Origin: a virus | Lineage: Duplodnaviria; Heunggongvirae; Uroviricota; Caudoviricetes | IMG/VR virus record: IMGVR_UViG_3300010403_000023 | Reading direction: 5' to 3' (one strand) | DNA length: 64,000 nucleotides | Part shown: in pieces, positions 54,709 to 63,890 of the stretch | How positions within the stretch are numbered: position 1 is the stretch's first letter | Layout of the letters: every line of letters begins with the position of its first letter | The notes under the pieces: generated by a model | Told to the model about the DNA's origin: nothing | Seen by the model: only the letters and a program-made list of their open reading frames with translations | Database searches by the model: none | Made by a program: the position numbers and the translations under genes

Positions 54709-56259
54709 ATGAGCAGTACATTACATTACGGTAAAGAAGGAAGAAAGAAAATACAAGACGGAGTAAATGCAGTAGCCAACGCAGTAAAGGTAACTCTTGG
54801 TGCTAAAGGAAGAAACGTAGCTATCGGTAAAGGCTTCGGACATCTTCCTGAGATCACCAAAGACGGAGTGACCGTAGCTAACTTTGTAACTCAGCTTGCA
54901 GACCCTGTAGAAGATATGGGAGCAATGATGGTAAAGGATGCAGCCAGACAAACTTATCTTCTCGTAGGCGACGGCACCACCACATCCACTATACTTGCAC
55001 AAGCAATATTTAATGAAGGAATAGCAGCTATTGATGCCGGATCGAATCCTATGGACCTGAAAAAAGGCATAGACAAAGCAGTAACCGAAGTAGTGAAGCA
55101 CATAAAAGAAATGTCAATACCCATTTCGGATGATTCGCAATTACTAAGCATAGCCACTATTGCTGCAAATAACGATGTAGAAACCGGAAAAATAGTAGTG
55201 GAAGCAATTCATGCAGCGGGACCAGATGGCCAGGTGTTGATCGGAATTTCTAAGACGTCTAAGACGTCCATAGAAAAAGTAGAAGGTATGACACTGGAAC
55301 GCGGTTACCTGGATGAAAATTTCTGTAACAACAAGGAAAAAATGATGGTGGAACTGGAAAATCCATACATTCTGATATACGACAAGAAAATAACCCGGTT
55401 GAATGATTTTCGCAACATACTGGAAATAAGCAGCAAACAAGGAAAGCCGCTTTTGATAATCGCTGAAGATATTGAAGGAGAGGCGCTATTTACCATGACG
55501 GCAAACGCAGTGAAGGGCTTTAAGTGGGCCGCTATACGCTCCCCATTTGGAGGTACGGAAGAACTGGAAGACATCGCAGCCTTCACCGGTGCCACCGTAG
55601 TAAGTGAATCTAAAGGTCACGTACTGAAAGATATTACCGAAAAATGCTTCGGTACCTGCAATTCTATCACCATAAATAAATTTTCTACAGTCATAGAAGG
55701 TGGTAAAGGTAAAAAACATGATATTACGCAAAGAACTACTCAAATAAGACAGCAATTGGAGGGCTGTACCGATGACTACCAAAAACCTTCGCTGGTCAAG
55801 AGGCTGGCTAAAATTAGCAATGGTGTAGTGGTTATTTACGTAGGTGGTCAGACGGAAGTAGAGATGCTAGAAAAGAAGGCCCGTATTGATGACGCGAAGA
55901 AGGCTACGCTGGCTTCTATTGAAGAAGGTATCGTACCGGGCGGAGGAATGGCGTATCTCAATATATCCGGGCGTATCTCAATATTGGGAAATAAAGATGA
56001 ACTGGTTGGGCAGGATATTATCAAGCGGGCTATTCAGGAACCTTTTAAACAGATAATGAATAACTCTGGTTTAAATCCTGATGAGATTGCTAAGGGTTTA
56101 TCCGATAGCAATACCTGCGGATATAATGTAAAGTCGGAAAAATATGAAGACTTTATCCAAACAGGTATTATTGATCCAGCTAAAGTTTCCAGGGTGGCAC
56201 TTGAAAATGCTGCAAGTGTAGCAGGGATGCTACTTACTACAGAATGTGTAATAGTTTAA
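54709..56259 (+). CDS. groL: chaperonin GroEL/Cpn60 homologue (516 aa)
   Basis: Diagnostic motifs [44 protein letters not shown] and [23 protein letters not shown]; lacks the C-terminal GGM tail. Confidence 0.92.
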   Translation: MSSTLHYGKEGRKKIQDGVNAVANAVKVTLGAKGRNVAIGKGFGHLPEITKDGVTVANFVTQLADPVEDMGAMMVKDAARQTYLLVGDGTTTSTILAQAIFNEGIAAIDAGSNPMDLKKGIDKAVTEVVKHIKEMSIPISDDSQLLSIATIAANNDVETGKIVVEAIHAAGPDGQVLIGISKTSKTSIEKVEGMTLERGYLDENFCNNKEKMMVELENPYILIYDKKITRLNDFRNILEISSKQGKPLLIIAEDIEGEALFTMTANAVKGFKWAAIRSPFGGTEELEDIAAFTGATVVSESKGHVLKDITEKCFGTCNSITINKFSTVIEGGKGKKHDITQRTTQIRQQLEGCTDDYQKPSLVKRLAKISNGVVVIYVGGQTEVEMLEKKARIDDAKKATLASIEEGIVPGGGMAYLNISGRISILGNKDELVGQDIIKRAIQEPFKQIMNNSGLNPDEIAKGLSDSNTCGYNVKSEKYEDFIQTGIIDPAKVSRVALENAASVAGMLLTTECVIV

Positions 56260-56273
56260 AATTCTTTTGCTGC

Positions 56274-56309
56274 CGGCGTCGCAAATCTATTGAGCTTGAT
56301 TTGCGACGC
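56274..56309 (+). terminator. 12-bp perfect hairpin GCGTCGCAAATC-tattgagctt-GATTTGCGACGC built from two inverted IGR-1 half cores, 15 nt after the groEL stop
   Basis: Direct reading of the sequence; not followed by a clean T-run. Confidence 0.45.
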
Positions 56310-56354
56310 TCCGTTCTGCGGCATTTCTTCTACAATATTTTCTCATACTAAGAG

Positions 56355-56430
56355 ATAGCATTCCGAAGTTGACCGGTGCCAACGCCACTGAAATTCAATA
56401 GCTGCAACCAACTCTGCTGCAAAAAATTAA
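56355..56430 (+). repeat. IGR-1 copy (variant B; AGATAGCATTCCGAAGTTGACCGGTGCCAACGCCACTGAAATTCAATAGCTGCAACCAACTCTGCTGCAAAAAATT)
   Basis: Full modular element; its tail abuts the stop of the 1655-aa gene. Confidence 0.85.
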
Positions 56431-59400
56431 TCAGCACTTTTTTCTATAAAATTGGAGTAAACAACAATTTCCGAAATCTCGAAATATCCGCCTGCATATA
56501 GAGGATTGGTGGTATAGCTTATCTCTATCCATCTTCCCTGCAATGGATCTCCGTCAAGTATTTTATGAGCGCCAGTTTGCAATGGCAAATTTGGATCTGG
56601 AGGAGTTGATAGGTCGCACAAGAACTCTGCAGCACTATAGCCATCTTTCAGTGTCCAACGCCCTACTACCAACCGTGAATTTTGTTTCTTTTCTGTGATA
56701 ATACTATCAGCATAAAAAAGAGTCTCAGGAAGTGCTCCCGCGCCGTTCTGTATATTTTCCCTACAATAAATTTCATTATACAGGAAGCGTTTCACTTTAT
56801 CCGGTAACATCTTCCCGTCTACTCCGTTACATACTATAGTTACCCTGCATGGACATTGCACTCCATAGAAATTAGCATACAGCGGAAATCCTGTAGTAAG
56901 GCTATTATCGTGATGCAAATATGGTTTACCTCCTTTAAAAGAGATGAATTGGCTTTGTTTAAAATACCCAGGCATAAGACCATAATACTCCGGTGTGAAG
57001 CTGGCAAATCCTTTCAGCTTTCCACTCTTTATATCAATGACCATCGTTTCATTGACGGTAGGTACTGGTGCTATCTGTGTATTTATATAAGAAGGGCTGC
57101 CGGTAGCAGGAATATTGAATGAAGTGAGATATAACTCCCATGTGCGCGGATCTATTTTTGATACAAAGTAAGTGAGTCCGTTTGTAGGCTGGTCCAGGTT
57201 ACGTATAGCTACGATAGAAATTTTATTGTTGTAGTAGCCATCATATCCGTTATCTTGAACTTCTTTTGCTACGGAGAAGTCATGGAAGATAAGATAACCT
57301 GAACTATCCATCCATGCTACTGTACCTGCGTAACGAACTATGGTATTTATATCAAACAGTGCACATCCGTAGTTGGTACCTGCTTTACGTTGTGGCGCCG
57401 TGAAGAAGCCGTAATTATTGGCAGTCTTTAAGTTACCCAGTGCATCAACTGAAACCTGGGAACCGTCATAATGAATGATAAAATGGTCACGATCGCATAT
57501 TACTAGGCAGGTGCTCGTCTCAACCAGCACTGCGGTTATGTTTCCCCAGGTATTGCGGTCAAAACTTACTTTATTAGCGTCTGTGAAGTAACTCAGGCCA
57601 TTTAAACTGTTTGGACGGTCACCAAGTGCTGCGGATAATGCTATTTCTGTGCCGAGTCGTACCTGTGCTTCGTAGGGATTGACCACATTTATACGCCCGC
57701 GATCCGCAAGATGGCTCCCCCAAAGATCAGATGGCGATGGGCCTTCAAACAGGAACGGAAAACTTTGTGAGATATCATTCGTATCGAAAATGATTACCCC
57801 GTTTGAGTTATTCAAGTTGTTCTGCGCATAACCTGCAGCCTGTAATCCGGCATCTATGTTTGTGCTGGTGTACTGCAGGGCCGGACTAGGTATTGCGCCA
57901 GGCGGCAATAGAGTCGCCTGCCCTTTCATTACCGGTATAGGTATGCTCCGGGAAATAAGATAGCTGTCTACGTATGGAATAGTAAGTAGTGTATTCAGGT
58001 ATTGGCTTGGAGGAACACCATTTACCAGTGGTATTGTGAAGCACTGTTCGTACATCGGTACATTCTCTCCGCTGGTATCTTGTGAGGGCCGGATGATGCG
58101 GAACAGGCATCCATTGATCAGGTTGGCTAACTCCTGTGTAAATTCCAGCACAAAGAAAGAACCGCTTTGATCATAAGTAATCTGCGCTGTGCTTCCAGGC
58201 GGCATCCATGAGCCATCTCCGTTCTTTATGAATTGAACAATATCAGCATTTACCGGCGAGTTATTGGGATTGGAAACTATCGGTTGCCAGTTATTATTTG
58301 TCTGGAAGTTGTACAATTTTTTATACTCATTGAGCGACTGCCAGTAAATTCTTATGCTGGTTGGATTGGTATTGTTCGTATTGCCGGTATTATCTATAAA
58401 CTGCACTGCATCTGCCGGCCATGACATGTAATCTGTGAACTGCAGGTTAGAACTCACATAGAACGTCATTTTTGTAAAATACGATGGCACCGAAAATGAT
58501 GGATCTATCGTAACTCCAAGTTGGCACAGCGCCATTACCGGATATGGAGAAGGAGCGGTATCGTTTAGATTAGGGAAATATACAAATTTTGCTTCTCCTT
58601 GTCCAGTTTGCACATAAGTGTGACGTCCAATAATATCATGATAAACGGTGCCTACCTGCAATTTGCTTCCGCTTTGTATTCCTTCTACATTTACGCCAAT
58701 AACATTTATAGCGCCTACATCCCCAAGGTCAACATCTCTACATCCGGGAGTTGAAAAGCAATCACAGCAAGCGATGTACGTTACAGTTGAAGTAAAGACA
58801 CCAGGTATGCATCCTTCCGGGAATCCGCAATCTGTTCCGGCGCAAAAAGTCCAGGAGCATCCTCCCTTTTGTGTTACCAGGATTATATCAGCAAATATTC
58901 CCGCACCAAATCCGGGCACAAGACTTCCCAGGTAGGGCAGCGATGCACCTCCAAAGGCAGTCGGATAATCATACCTGTTATGTGCCACAATGGAAAACGT
59001 TCCGCTGGAATCAGTCAGTGTGCTTGCTCCGTTGCTGAGTATGATCGGCAATCCCGGTACGCCAATGTTATTATCTGAACACAATACTATACGGCCACTT
59101 ATACGGCGTCTTGCGCATTGATAAAAACTATATGGAGGTGTTGATATGTAGAATGTATTCCTCCAGTATCCCTGCACACCAAAACATGCGCCGGGAAGTG
59201 TTCCGGTATTGCTTACGTGAGTTATACCACCTATATCTCCTGTACTACCTCCTCTTGTAAGTGTTCCATGTTTTGTAGTCCCTACATTATCACACAGGTC
59301 AGACCATATCTCCAGCGATGTTTTTACGCCGCCAGATGTCGCGAAGAAAAATCCATTATGATCAGTATAAAAGCTACCGAATGCGTCATGTGTTGAACCT

Positions 59401-61394
59401 ATGCTATCTCCATAAAACCGGATGGGATTGAGTTCTATGGGAGCGCCGCCTGGTTGTTCGTATAAATAGCCGTCCACCGCAAAGCTATTCACTCCATCAC
59501 CAAGGTCCATTATCAGAAATATAGCATCTCCTGAATTATCGTAAATGACATTATCGCACCTGGCATCGAAGGATATTTCTTTAATTGGTGTGGTAGGATA
59601 TGCCAGTTCGCGGAAAGCGCCGCCAAGCGCCACATCTCCCATCCTAACCTGGCCGGCAACATAGGTGCTGGTCTGCTGGAAATCAGGATCGGTAATTTTT
59701 GATTTATGAGACGCTATGCGAACTACTCCCTTCATGGCGGGAATATTAAATTCAAAGCGTATCATAGGATTTGCTATCCTGGCTGCATCATCACCATATC
59801 CTACGGGCGTAAATATCTTGGTGGCGGGGTCAAAATTTCCCTGCACACCTATTGCTGCATACTGGGCGCCGGTCATACCTGCGATATACGCTATGAATCC
59901 CGGGTGCTCCTGATCTGCAAATACCTGGTCGAGCTTAAAAGAAGAAACATAGCGCGAACGACTACTTCCCGGTACGGCGCCGGTTGCACAGTCTCCCGAG
60001 TCTGAATTACCAAACACTACCATATCATAACTGGTACGCATGATAGATGTATATCTTCCAAAAGGATTATACAGGTTTGCGTACATTACCACTCTGCGTA
60101 ACGGTGGTGGCTCACATGGCAATGCTGTAGGGTCCGGCAGGATAGCGCTGAATGCTACTTTTTCTATTGTTGATGGCGGTAACGGCTCAAATCCATATAC
60201 GTCATTTGCAGTAAATATTCTTTTGTTTATGGAACCTATAGAACCGGAAGTAAGGGCTAATCCCGGTTCGGTCCTGTTGGTTTCCTCTACTGGTATTGGA
60301 ATGCTGCCTTTATCGGCGCAAAAAGTATAGGCTATAAGGTTGGTAGAGAGGTCTATTGTTACGCCACTTCCTGATGTGGTGAATAACGGATTGTAGCCTC
60401 TTGTGTACCATGCGCCACTGCTATTGTCGCGCTTGTTGAATGTTTCGTATTCTTTCCAGTCTGTAGCCAGTGCTCCTCCGCGATCATTTCCTTTCCATTG
60501 ACGGTATTCTACGGTGATTTGGTTTACTAGGGGATTACCTGCATCAAAGTTCAGCATAAGGCATCTTGGGAGTCCGTTTGTGGATTGTACGCAGCCTCCT
60601 CCTGCCAGGGATATGTAGTTTGAACTGATTATGCCATGCTCACTTTCTCTGCCAAAGAAGTCTACCATCTTGACACGAAACTGCCATCCTTGACGTACAA
60701 GCAGGTTTTGCTTCATATCGTCATCTGTGGCTGGTACGTATGCGGTAGGAGTGTTTAATCCTATACATTTTAGGGGTGTTGGCACTCCAAGGTGGATAAG
60801 TTCAAGGGGATTATAAAATGCAGCAGGTGTGATGAAAAAGGCTGTAGTGTATGAGGTTGTAGCTATACTATCTTCAACTGAAATTAAAAATTGATTTCCG
60901 TTACCGGTAGTGAAGATCAGGAATTTAAAGTTTGTTTCCTGGGTAGTTACTTTATCTATGAAGGACCGGAGTTCAAGTGTGCAGCGGCCTTCGGATATCC
61001 AGTATTGAGGGTTTAAGGTGAAGGGAAGGAGGAATCTTGAATGAAGGCCGTCTTCGTAAACTAATCGTGCCGTGCCGTCATCTCCGGATATTACCCATAT
61101 AGTATGGTTTCCGTGTTCATTATATATGAAAAAATATCCTTCATTTGATTGTTCGCTGCTGTAAAAGCCTATGCAATAACTGGTTCCAGAAGGTAATGTG
61201 GTATTAAGTAGCCTGTTTCCTTCAAGAGGTGTAGTAGTGTATTGGGTGCTTCCGGCTCCTGAAGTGCTTCCGGCATTCTGGTTTACGTTCTGGGTCATAT
61301 TTTTTAAGAACATGACAGCATTAGGGGGTATTCTCAACTGGTTAAAGTCAAGATTTATTCCTTCATTTAAATTGTTCTTAAACTGGTAGGCCAT
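56427..61394 (-). CDS. giant structural protein (1655 aa; Asn/Gly/Thr/Ser-rich, beta-type), probably a tail or host-recognition component
   Basis: Composition; no recognisable enzymatic motifs by eye. Confidence 0.8.
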   Translation of the reverse strand: MAYQFKNNLNEGINLDFNQLRIPPNAVMFLKNMTQNVNQNAGSTSGAGSTQYTTTPLEGNRLLNTTLPSGTSYCIGFYSSEQSNEGYFFIYNEHGNHTIWVISGDDGTARLVYEDGLHSRFLLPFTLNPQYWISEGRCTLELRSFIDKVTTQETNFKFLIFTTGNGNQFLISVEDSIATTSYTTAFFITPAAFYNPLELIHLGVPTPLKCIGLNTPTAYVPATDDDMKQNLLVRQGWQFRVKMVDFFGRESEHGIISSNYISLAGGGCVQSTNGLPRCLMLNFDAGNPLVNQITVEYRQWKGNDRGGALATDWKEYETFNKRDNSSGAWYTRGYNPLFTTSGSGVTIDLSTNLIAYTFCADKGSIPIPVEETNRTEPGLALTSGSIGSINKRIFTANDVYGFEPLPPSTIEKVAFSAILPDPTALPCEPPPLRRVVMYANLYNPFGRYTSIMRTSYDMVVFGNSDSGDCATGAVPGSSRSRYVSSFKLDQVFADQEHPGFIAYIAGMTGAQYAAIGVQGNFDPATKIFTPVGYGDDAARIANPMIRFEFNIPAMKGVVRIASHKSKITDPDFQQTSTYVAGQVRMGDVALGGAFRELAYPTTPIKEISFDARCDNVIYDNSGDAIFLIMDLGDGVNSFAVDGYLYEQPGGAPIELNPIRFYGDSIGSTHDAFGSFYTDHNGFFFATSGGVKTSLEIWSDLCDNVGTTKHGTLTRGGSTGDIGGITHVSNTGTLPGACFGVQGYWRNTFYISTPPYSFYQCARRRISGRIVLCSDNNIGVPGLPIILSNGASTLTDSSGTFSIVAHNRYDYPTAFGGASLPYLGSLVPGFGAGIFADIILVTQKGGCSWTFCAGTDCGFPEGCIPGVFTSTVTYIACCDCFSTPGCRDVDLGDVGAINVIGVNVEGIQSGSKLQVGTVYHDIIGRHTYVQTGQGEAKFVYFPNLNDTAPSPYPVMALCQLGVTIDPSFSVPSYFTKMTFYVSSNLQFTDYMSWPADAVQFIDNTGNTNNTNPTSIRIYWQSLNEYKKLYNFQTNNNWQPIVSNPNNSPVNADIVQFIKNGDGSWMPPGSTAQITYDQSGSFFVLEFTQELANLINGCLFRIIRPSQDTSGENVPMYEQCFTIPLVNGVPPSQYLNTLLTIPYVDSYLISRSIPIPVMKGQATLLPPGAIPSPALQYTSTNIDAGLQAAGYAQNNLNNSNGVIIFDTNDISQSFPFLFEGPSPSDLWGSHLADRGRINVVNPYEAQVRLGTEIALSAALGDRPNSLNGLSYFTDANKVSFDRNTWGNITAVLVETSTCLVICDRDHFIIHYDGSQVSVDALGNLKTANNYGFFTAPQRKAGTNYGCALFDINTIVRYAGTVAWMDSSGYLIFHDFSVAKEVQDNGYDGYYNNKISIVAIRNLDQPTNGLTYFVSKIDPRTWELYLTSFNIPATGSPSYINTQIAPVPTVNETMVIDIKSGKLKGFASFTPEYYGLMPGYFKQSQFISFKGGKPYLHHDNSLTTGFPLYANFYGVQCPCRVTIVCNGVDGKMLPDKVKRFLYNEIYCRENIQNGAGALPETLFYADSIITEKKQNSRLVVGRWTLKDGYSAAEFLCDLSTPPDPNLPLQTGAHKILDGDPLQGRWIEISYTTNPLYAGGYFEISEIVVYSNFIEKSAD

Positions 61395-61454
61395 GTAGCA
61401 GTAAGGCTATATGGGGGTTAAAGTTAGATAATTTTAATTGATAAGGGAAAATTC

Positions 61455-61530
61455 TTTTGCAGCAGAGTTGGTTGCGGATATTTAGCGGATTTGCGATAGC
61501 ACCGTTCAGCGGTGGGATTGCTATGCACTT
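61455..61530 (-). repeat. IGR-1 copy (variant C, reverse; TTTTGCAGCAGAGTTGGTTGCGGATATTTAGCGGATTTGCGATAGCACCGTTCAGCGGTGGGATTGCTATG)
   Basis: Near-duplicate of the 8560-8640 copy; full element. Confidence 0.85.
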
Positions 61531-61621
61531 ATAATTATAATGATAGATAGAGAGGTTTTAAAAGTAAGTAATTGACTGTCAAAAAACTACATTCAAAATC
61601 GTTCACCAACCTTGCGCTTAG

Positions 61622-61643
61622 TTGTTCATTATACAATGAACAA
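61622..61643. promoter_or_regulatory. operator-like palindrome TTGTTCATT-ATAC-AATGAACAA with an extra half-site TTGTTCATTA at 61705-61714, upstream of the second RepL-like gene
   Basis: 9-bp perfect inverted repeat read directly from the sequence. Confidence 0.5.
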
Positions 61644-61737
61644 CTCACCAGCAGTCTAATGAATTCATGGGAATAATGAAAGAAAGTCTTGTTTAATTAA
61701 ATATTGTTCATTAATTTCGTGAAGTAAAGCAAAAATA

Positions 61738-62187
61738 ATGAGCGTAGCATATTTAAAGACAGGACTTACGGACAGACTGCATATCGTGGATGGTGGCACC
61801 GGAGAGGTGCTTCACGAATCGGTTAAAAAGTATAAATATCTTGCCAAAAGTAAGGAAGAATTCTACATCATTTACACCTCTCTTATTGGCGTATTTAAAC
61901 AACTCAGTAACCCAGAAGTGCGCGTGTATTGCTATCTTCTGGAAAACTACCAGGTAGGAACAAACATAGCCATCACCAACAAGCTACGGGCACTTATTGG
62001 TGTTGACTTGAAACTCAATCCCGGCACCGTGGCAAATGCGCTGGGATTTCTTACAAAAAAGAAGTTGATATACAGCAAAGAGCGTGGCCTGTATAAACTC
62101 AATCCAAGATATGCTTTTCAAGGATCAACCGCAGAGCGTAATAAAATGCTGAAAATGATCTTGGAGGTAGAGTGCCCGGATTGTTAA
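61738..62187 (+). CDS. RepL-like or winged-helix DNA-binding protein (149 aa); paralogue of the 6111-6698 product
   Basis: Shared pattern with the 6111 product (YCYLLENY.., KLRALIGV.., VANALGFLTKKKLIY.., LNPRYAFQG..ER). Confidence 0.55.
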   Translation: MSVAYLKTGLTDRLHIVDGGTGEVLHESVKKYKYLAKSKEEFYIIYTSLIGVFKQLSNPEVRVYCYLLENYQVGTNIAITNKLRALIGVDLKLNPGTVANALGFLTKKKLIYSKERGLYKLNPRYAFQGSTAERNKMLKMILEVECPDC

Positions 62188-62197
62188 AATATTTTTT

Positions 62198-62398
62198 ATG
62201 AAGATAAAAATTGAATTAGAACTGGAAGATGCAATGGAACTGGTTACGCTTCATGTAGCAGCCATGCAGAATATCACTCAAAACATAGGAGATAACCCAT
62301 TGCTTTACTCCAAACTGGCCAGGGTTACAAATACATTTCTAAATGAGGTAGTTGATAAAACGCCGGACGAAATGAAGATTAAAATACTTACACGATGA
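62198..62398 (+). CDS. hypothetical protein (66 aa)
   Basis: Stop overlaps the next start (ATGA). Confidence 0.4.
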   Translation: MKIKIELELEDAMELVTLHVAAMQNITQNIGDNPLLYSKLARVTNTFLNEVVDKTPDEMKIKILTR

Positions 62399-62970
62399 AC
62401 TATCAATATTACTTTCCGGAAGATGGGGAATGTAGTTTGAATAATCCGATTGTATGGAAACGCTTATGCGTATATATTCGGAGAACTATCCGCTTCACAA
62501 AATGGATAAAAAACAAACATTTTATTGAAGCAAACGAAGTGCTGATAAGCATTGCAGAGCAGTTGAAGGGAATTGATCCGGCAACTTATGGAAGCAAGGA
62601 GATGGAGGACGCTATTACTTTCTTGATTAAGAAAATAAACAAGCAAATAGGCCGTGAATGGTGGAAATATTTAAAGGTAGAATTGCCTGAATTTTTTGAT
62701 GAAATGCGAATGACACAAAAGATTATCATTAAACAAAACAGGGAAATCGGGAAATATAAATATCCAAAAACGGTCAAAAAAAATCAACAACAATACCGGG
62801 ATGATGTAAGTGATGGTTATATCCTGGGATGCGTGTATAATAATTTAAAAAACACTTCTGGAATCAGGTATTCATTTGATGAGATACGCCAACAATTTCC
62901 TCATTTAATTGAACAGAAAAAAGAAACCATTTTAAAGAAAAGAGCAAAAAAGAAATCCGATGTGCTATGA
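62395..62970 (+). CDS. hypothetical protein (191 aa)
   Basis: Clean ORF. Confidence 0.55.
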   Translation: MNYQYYFPEDGECSLNNPIVWKRLCVYIRRTIRFTKWIKNKHFIEANEVLISIAEQLKGIDPATYGSKEMEDAITFLIKKINKQIGREWWKYLKVELPEFFDEMRMTQKIIIKQNREIGKYKYPKTVKKNQQQYRDDVSDGYILGCVYNNLKNTSGIRYSFDEIRQQFPHLIEQKKETILKKRAKKKSDVL

Positions 62971-63256
62971 AAAATTTCTTGATCAACTCTACGAAGATCG
63001 CATGGAGCAAAAAAGAAAGTTAGAGGCATCCAGAATGAAGCATAGGCAAAGTATATTGGATAGGCAGAACTCAAAACATGCTCCAGCAGCAGAAGTAATT
63101 AATTCAATGCCAGATACACTCCCGATGGACTTAGTAAAATTGAAGGAACTCGTTTCTTACAACTTGAAAATAGGTCAGTATTTTCCTGAAAGAATGAAGG
63201 ATGTAAGGATTAATTTAAAGGCAATCAAGAAATTTATTGAAGATAATAAATTATAA
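62960..63256 (+). CDS. hypothetical protein (98 aa)
   Basis: Overlapping start with the previous gene. Confidence 0.5.
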   Translation: MCYEKFLDQLYEDRMEQKRKLEASRMKHRQSILDRQNSKHAPAAEVINSMPDTLPMDLVKLKELVSYNLKIGQYFPERMKDVRINLKAIKKFIEDNKL

Positions 63257-63464
63257 AACGTATGGACGTTAAAAAACCCATCAATCTTTCATACATTGTC
63301 TGATTGTTGGTACATTTTAACAAAAAAGCCGAGTAGCATCTTACTCTATAATGTTCCACGATTTTTTATGTTAATATAGACTTTTCTCCGTTGGAAAGAC
63401 AAAGATAAATATTGTTTCAGTAAAACCAAATTTATTTACAAAATATTTTTCATCAGGGCAAGAA

Positions 63465-63530
63465 CGCTGACCGGTGCTATCGCAACGAAGTTCCATAGCC
63501 GCAACCAACCCTGCTGCAAAAAGAACTTAA
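63465..63530 (+). repeat. IGR-1 copy (variant C; core ACCGGTGCTATCGCAA at 63469-63484; CCATAGCCGCAACCAACCCTGCTGCAAAAAGAAC)
   Basis: Full modular element. Confidence 0.85.
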
Positions 63531-63889
63531 TTCCTCCCTTTAAAATATCTCCTCCCAGCATATAACAGTACTGCTATATCCCATATTACTTCTGCTATGT
63601 GATATTTATTAGGTTCTGGAAAGAATTCATCTATTACTTTCCCAAATGCCAGTAATGCTAATGTTTTCCAGATCAGCACATCAGTACTGAAGTATATTAC
63701 CATAGAAAGAAGAAGTATTACCAGGTCATGAGAAAAGAGAAACCATACAAAATCATTGACCGTAGCCTGCTCTCCGTGCTTTATTATGGTCTTATCTCCA
63801 TTTGGCATACCTATTACTCCTATTAATGTAAGGAGAGGAGCAATCCACCAAGAATTGTCTATGATCCACTGTTTTTTCTTTTCGGCCAT
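63527..63889 (-). CDS. membrane protein (120 aa, 3 TM)
   Basis: Hydrophobic helices WWIAPLLTLIGVIGM, FLFSHDLVILLLSMVIYF and IWDIAVLLYAG. Confidence 0.55.
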   Translation of the reverse strand: MAEKKKQWIIDNSWWIAPLLTLIGVIGMPNGDKTIIKHGEQATVNDFVWFLFSHDLVILLLSMVIYFSTDVLIWKTLALLAFGKVIDEFFPEPNKYHIAEVIWDIAVLLYAGRRYFKGRN

Positions 63890-63890
63890 T

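Noticed and set aside
54721-55782. Antisense ORFs (54721-55101, 55144-55440, 55305-55595, 55486-55782) within groEL
   Set aside because: The groEL frame carries unmistakable Cpn60 motifs along its whole length. The antisense frames are artefacts.
1085-63530. Possibility that the dispersed repeats are a CRISPR array
   Set aside because: The repeats are heterogeneous (three core variants), occur in both orientations, are separated by gene-length 0.3-5 kb intervals, and overlap ORF ends. None of this is compatible with a CRISPR repeat-spacer array.
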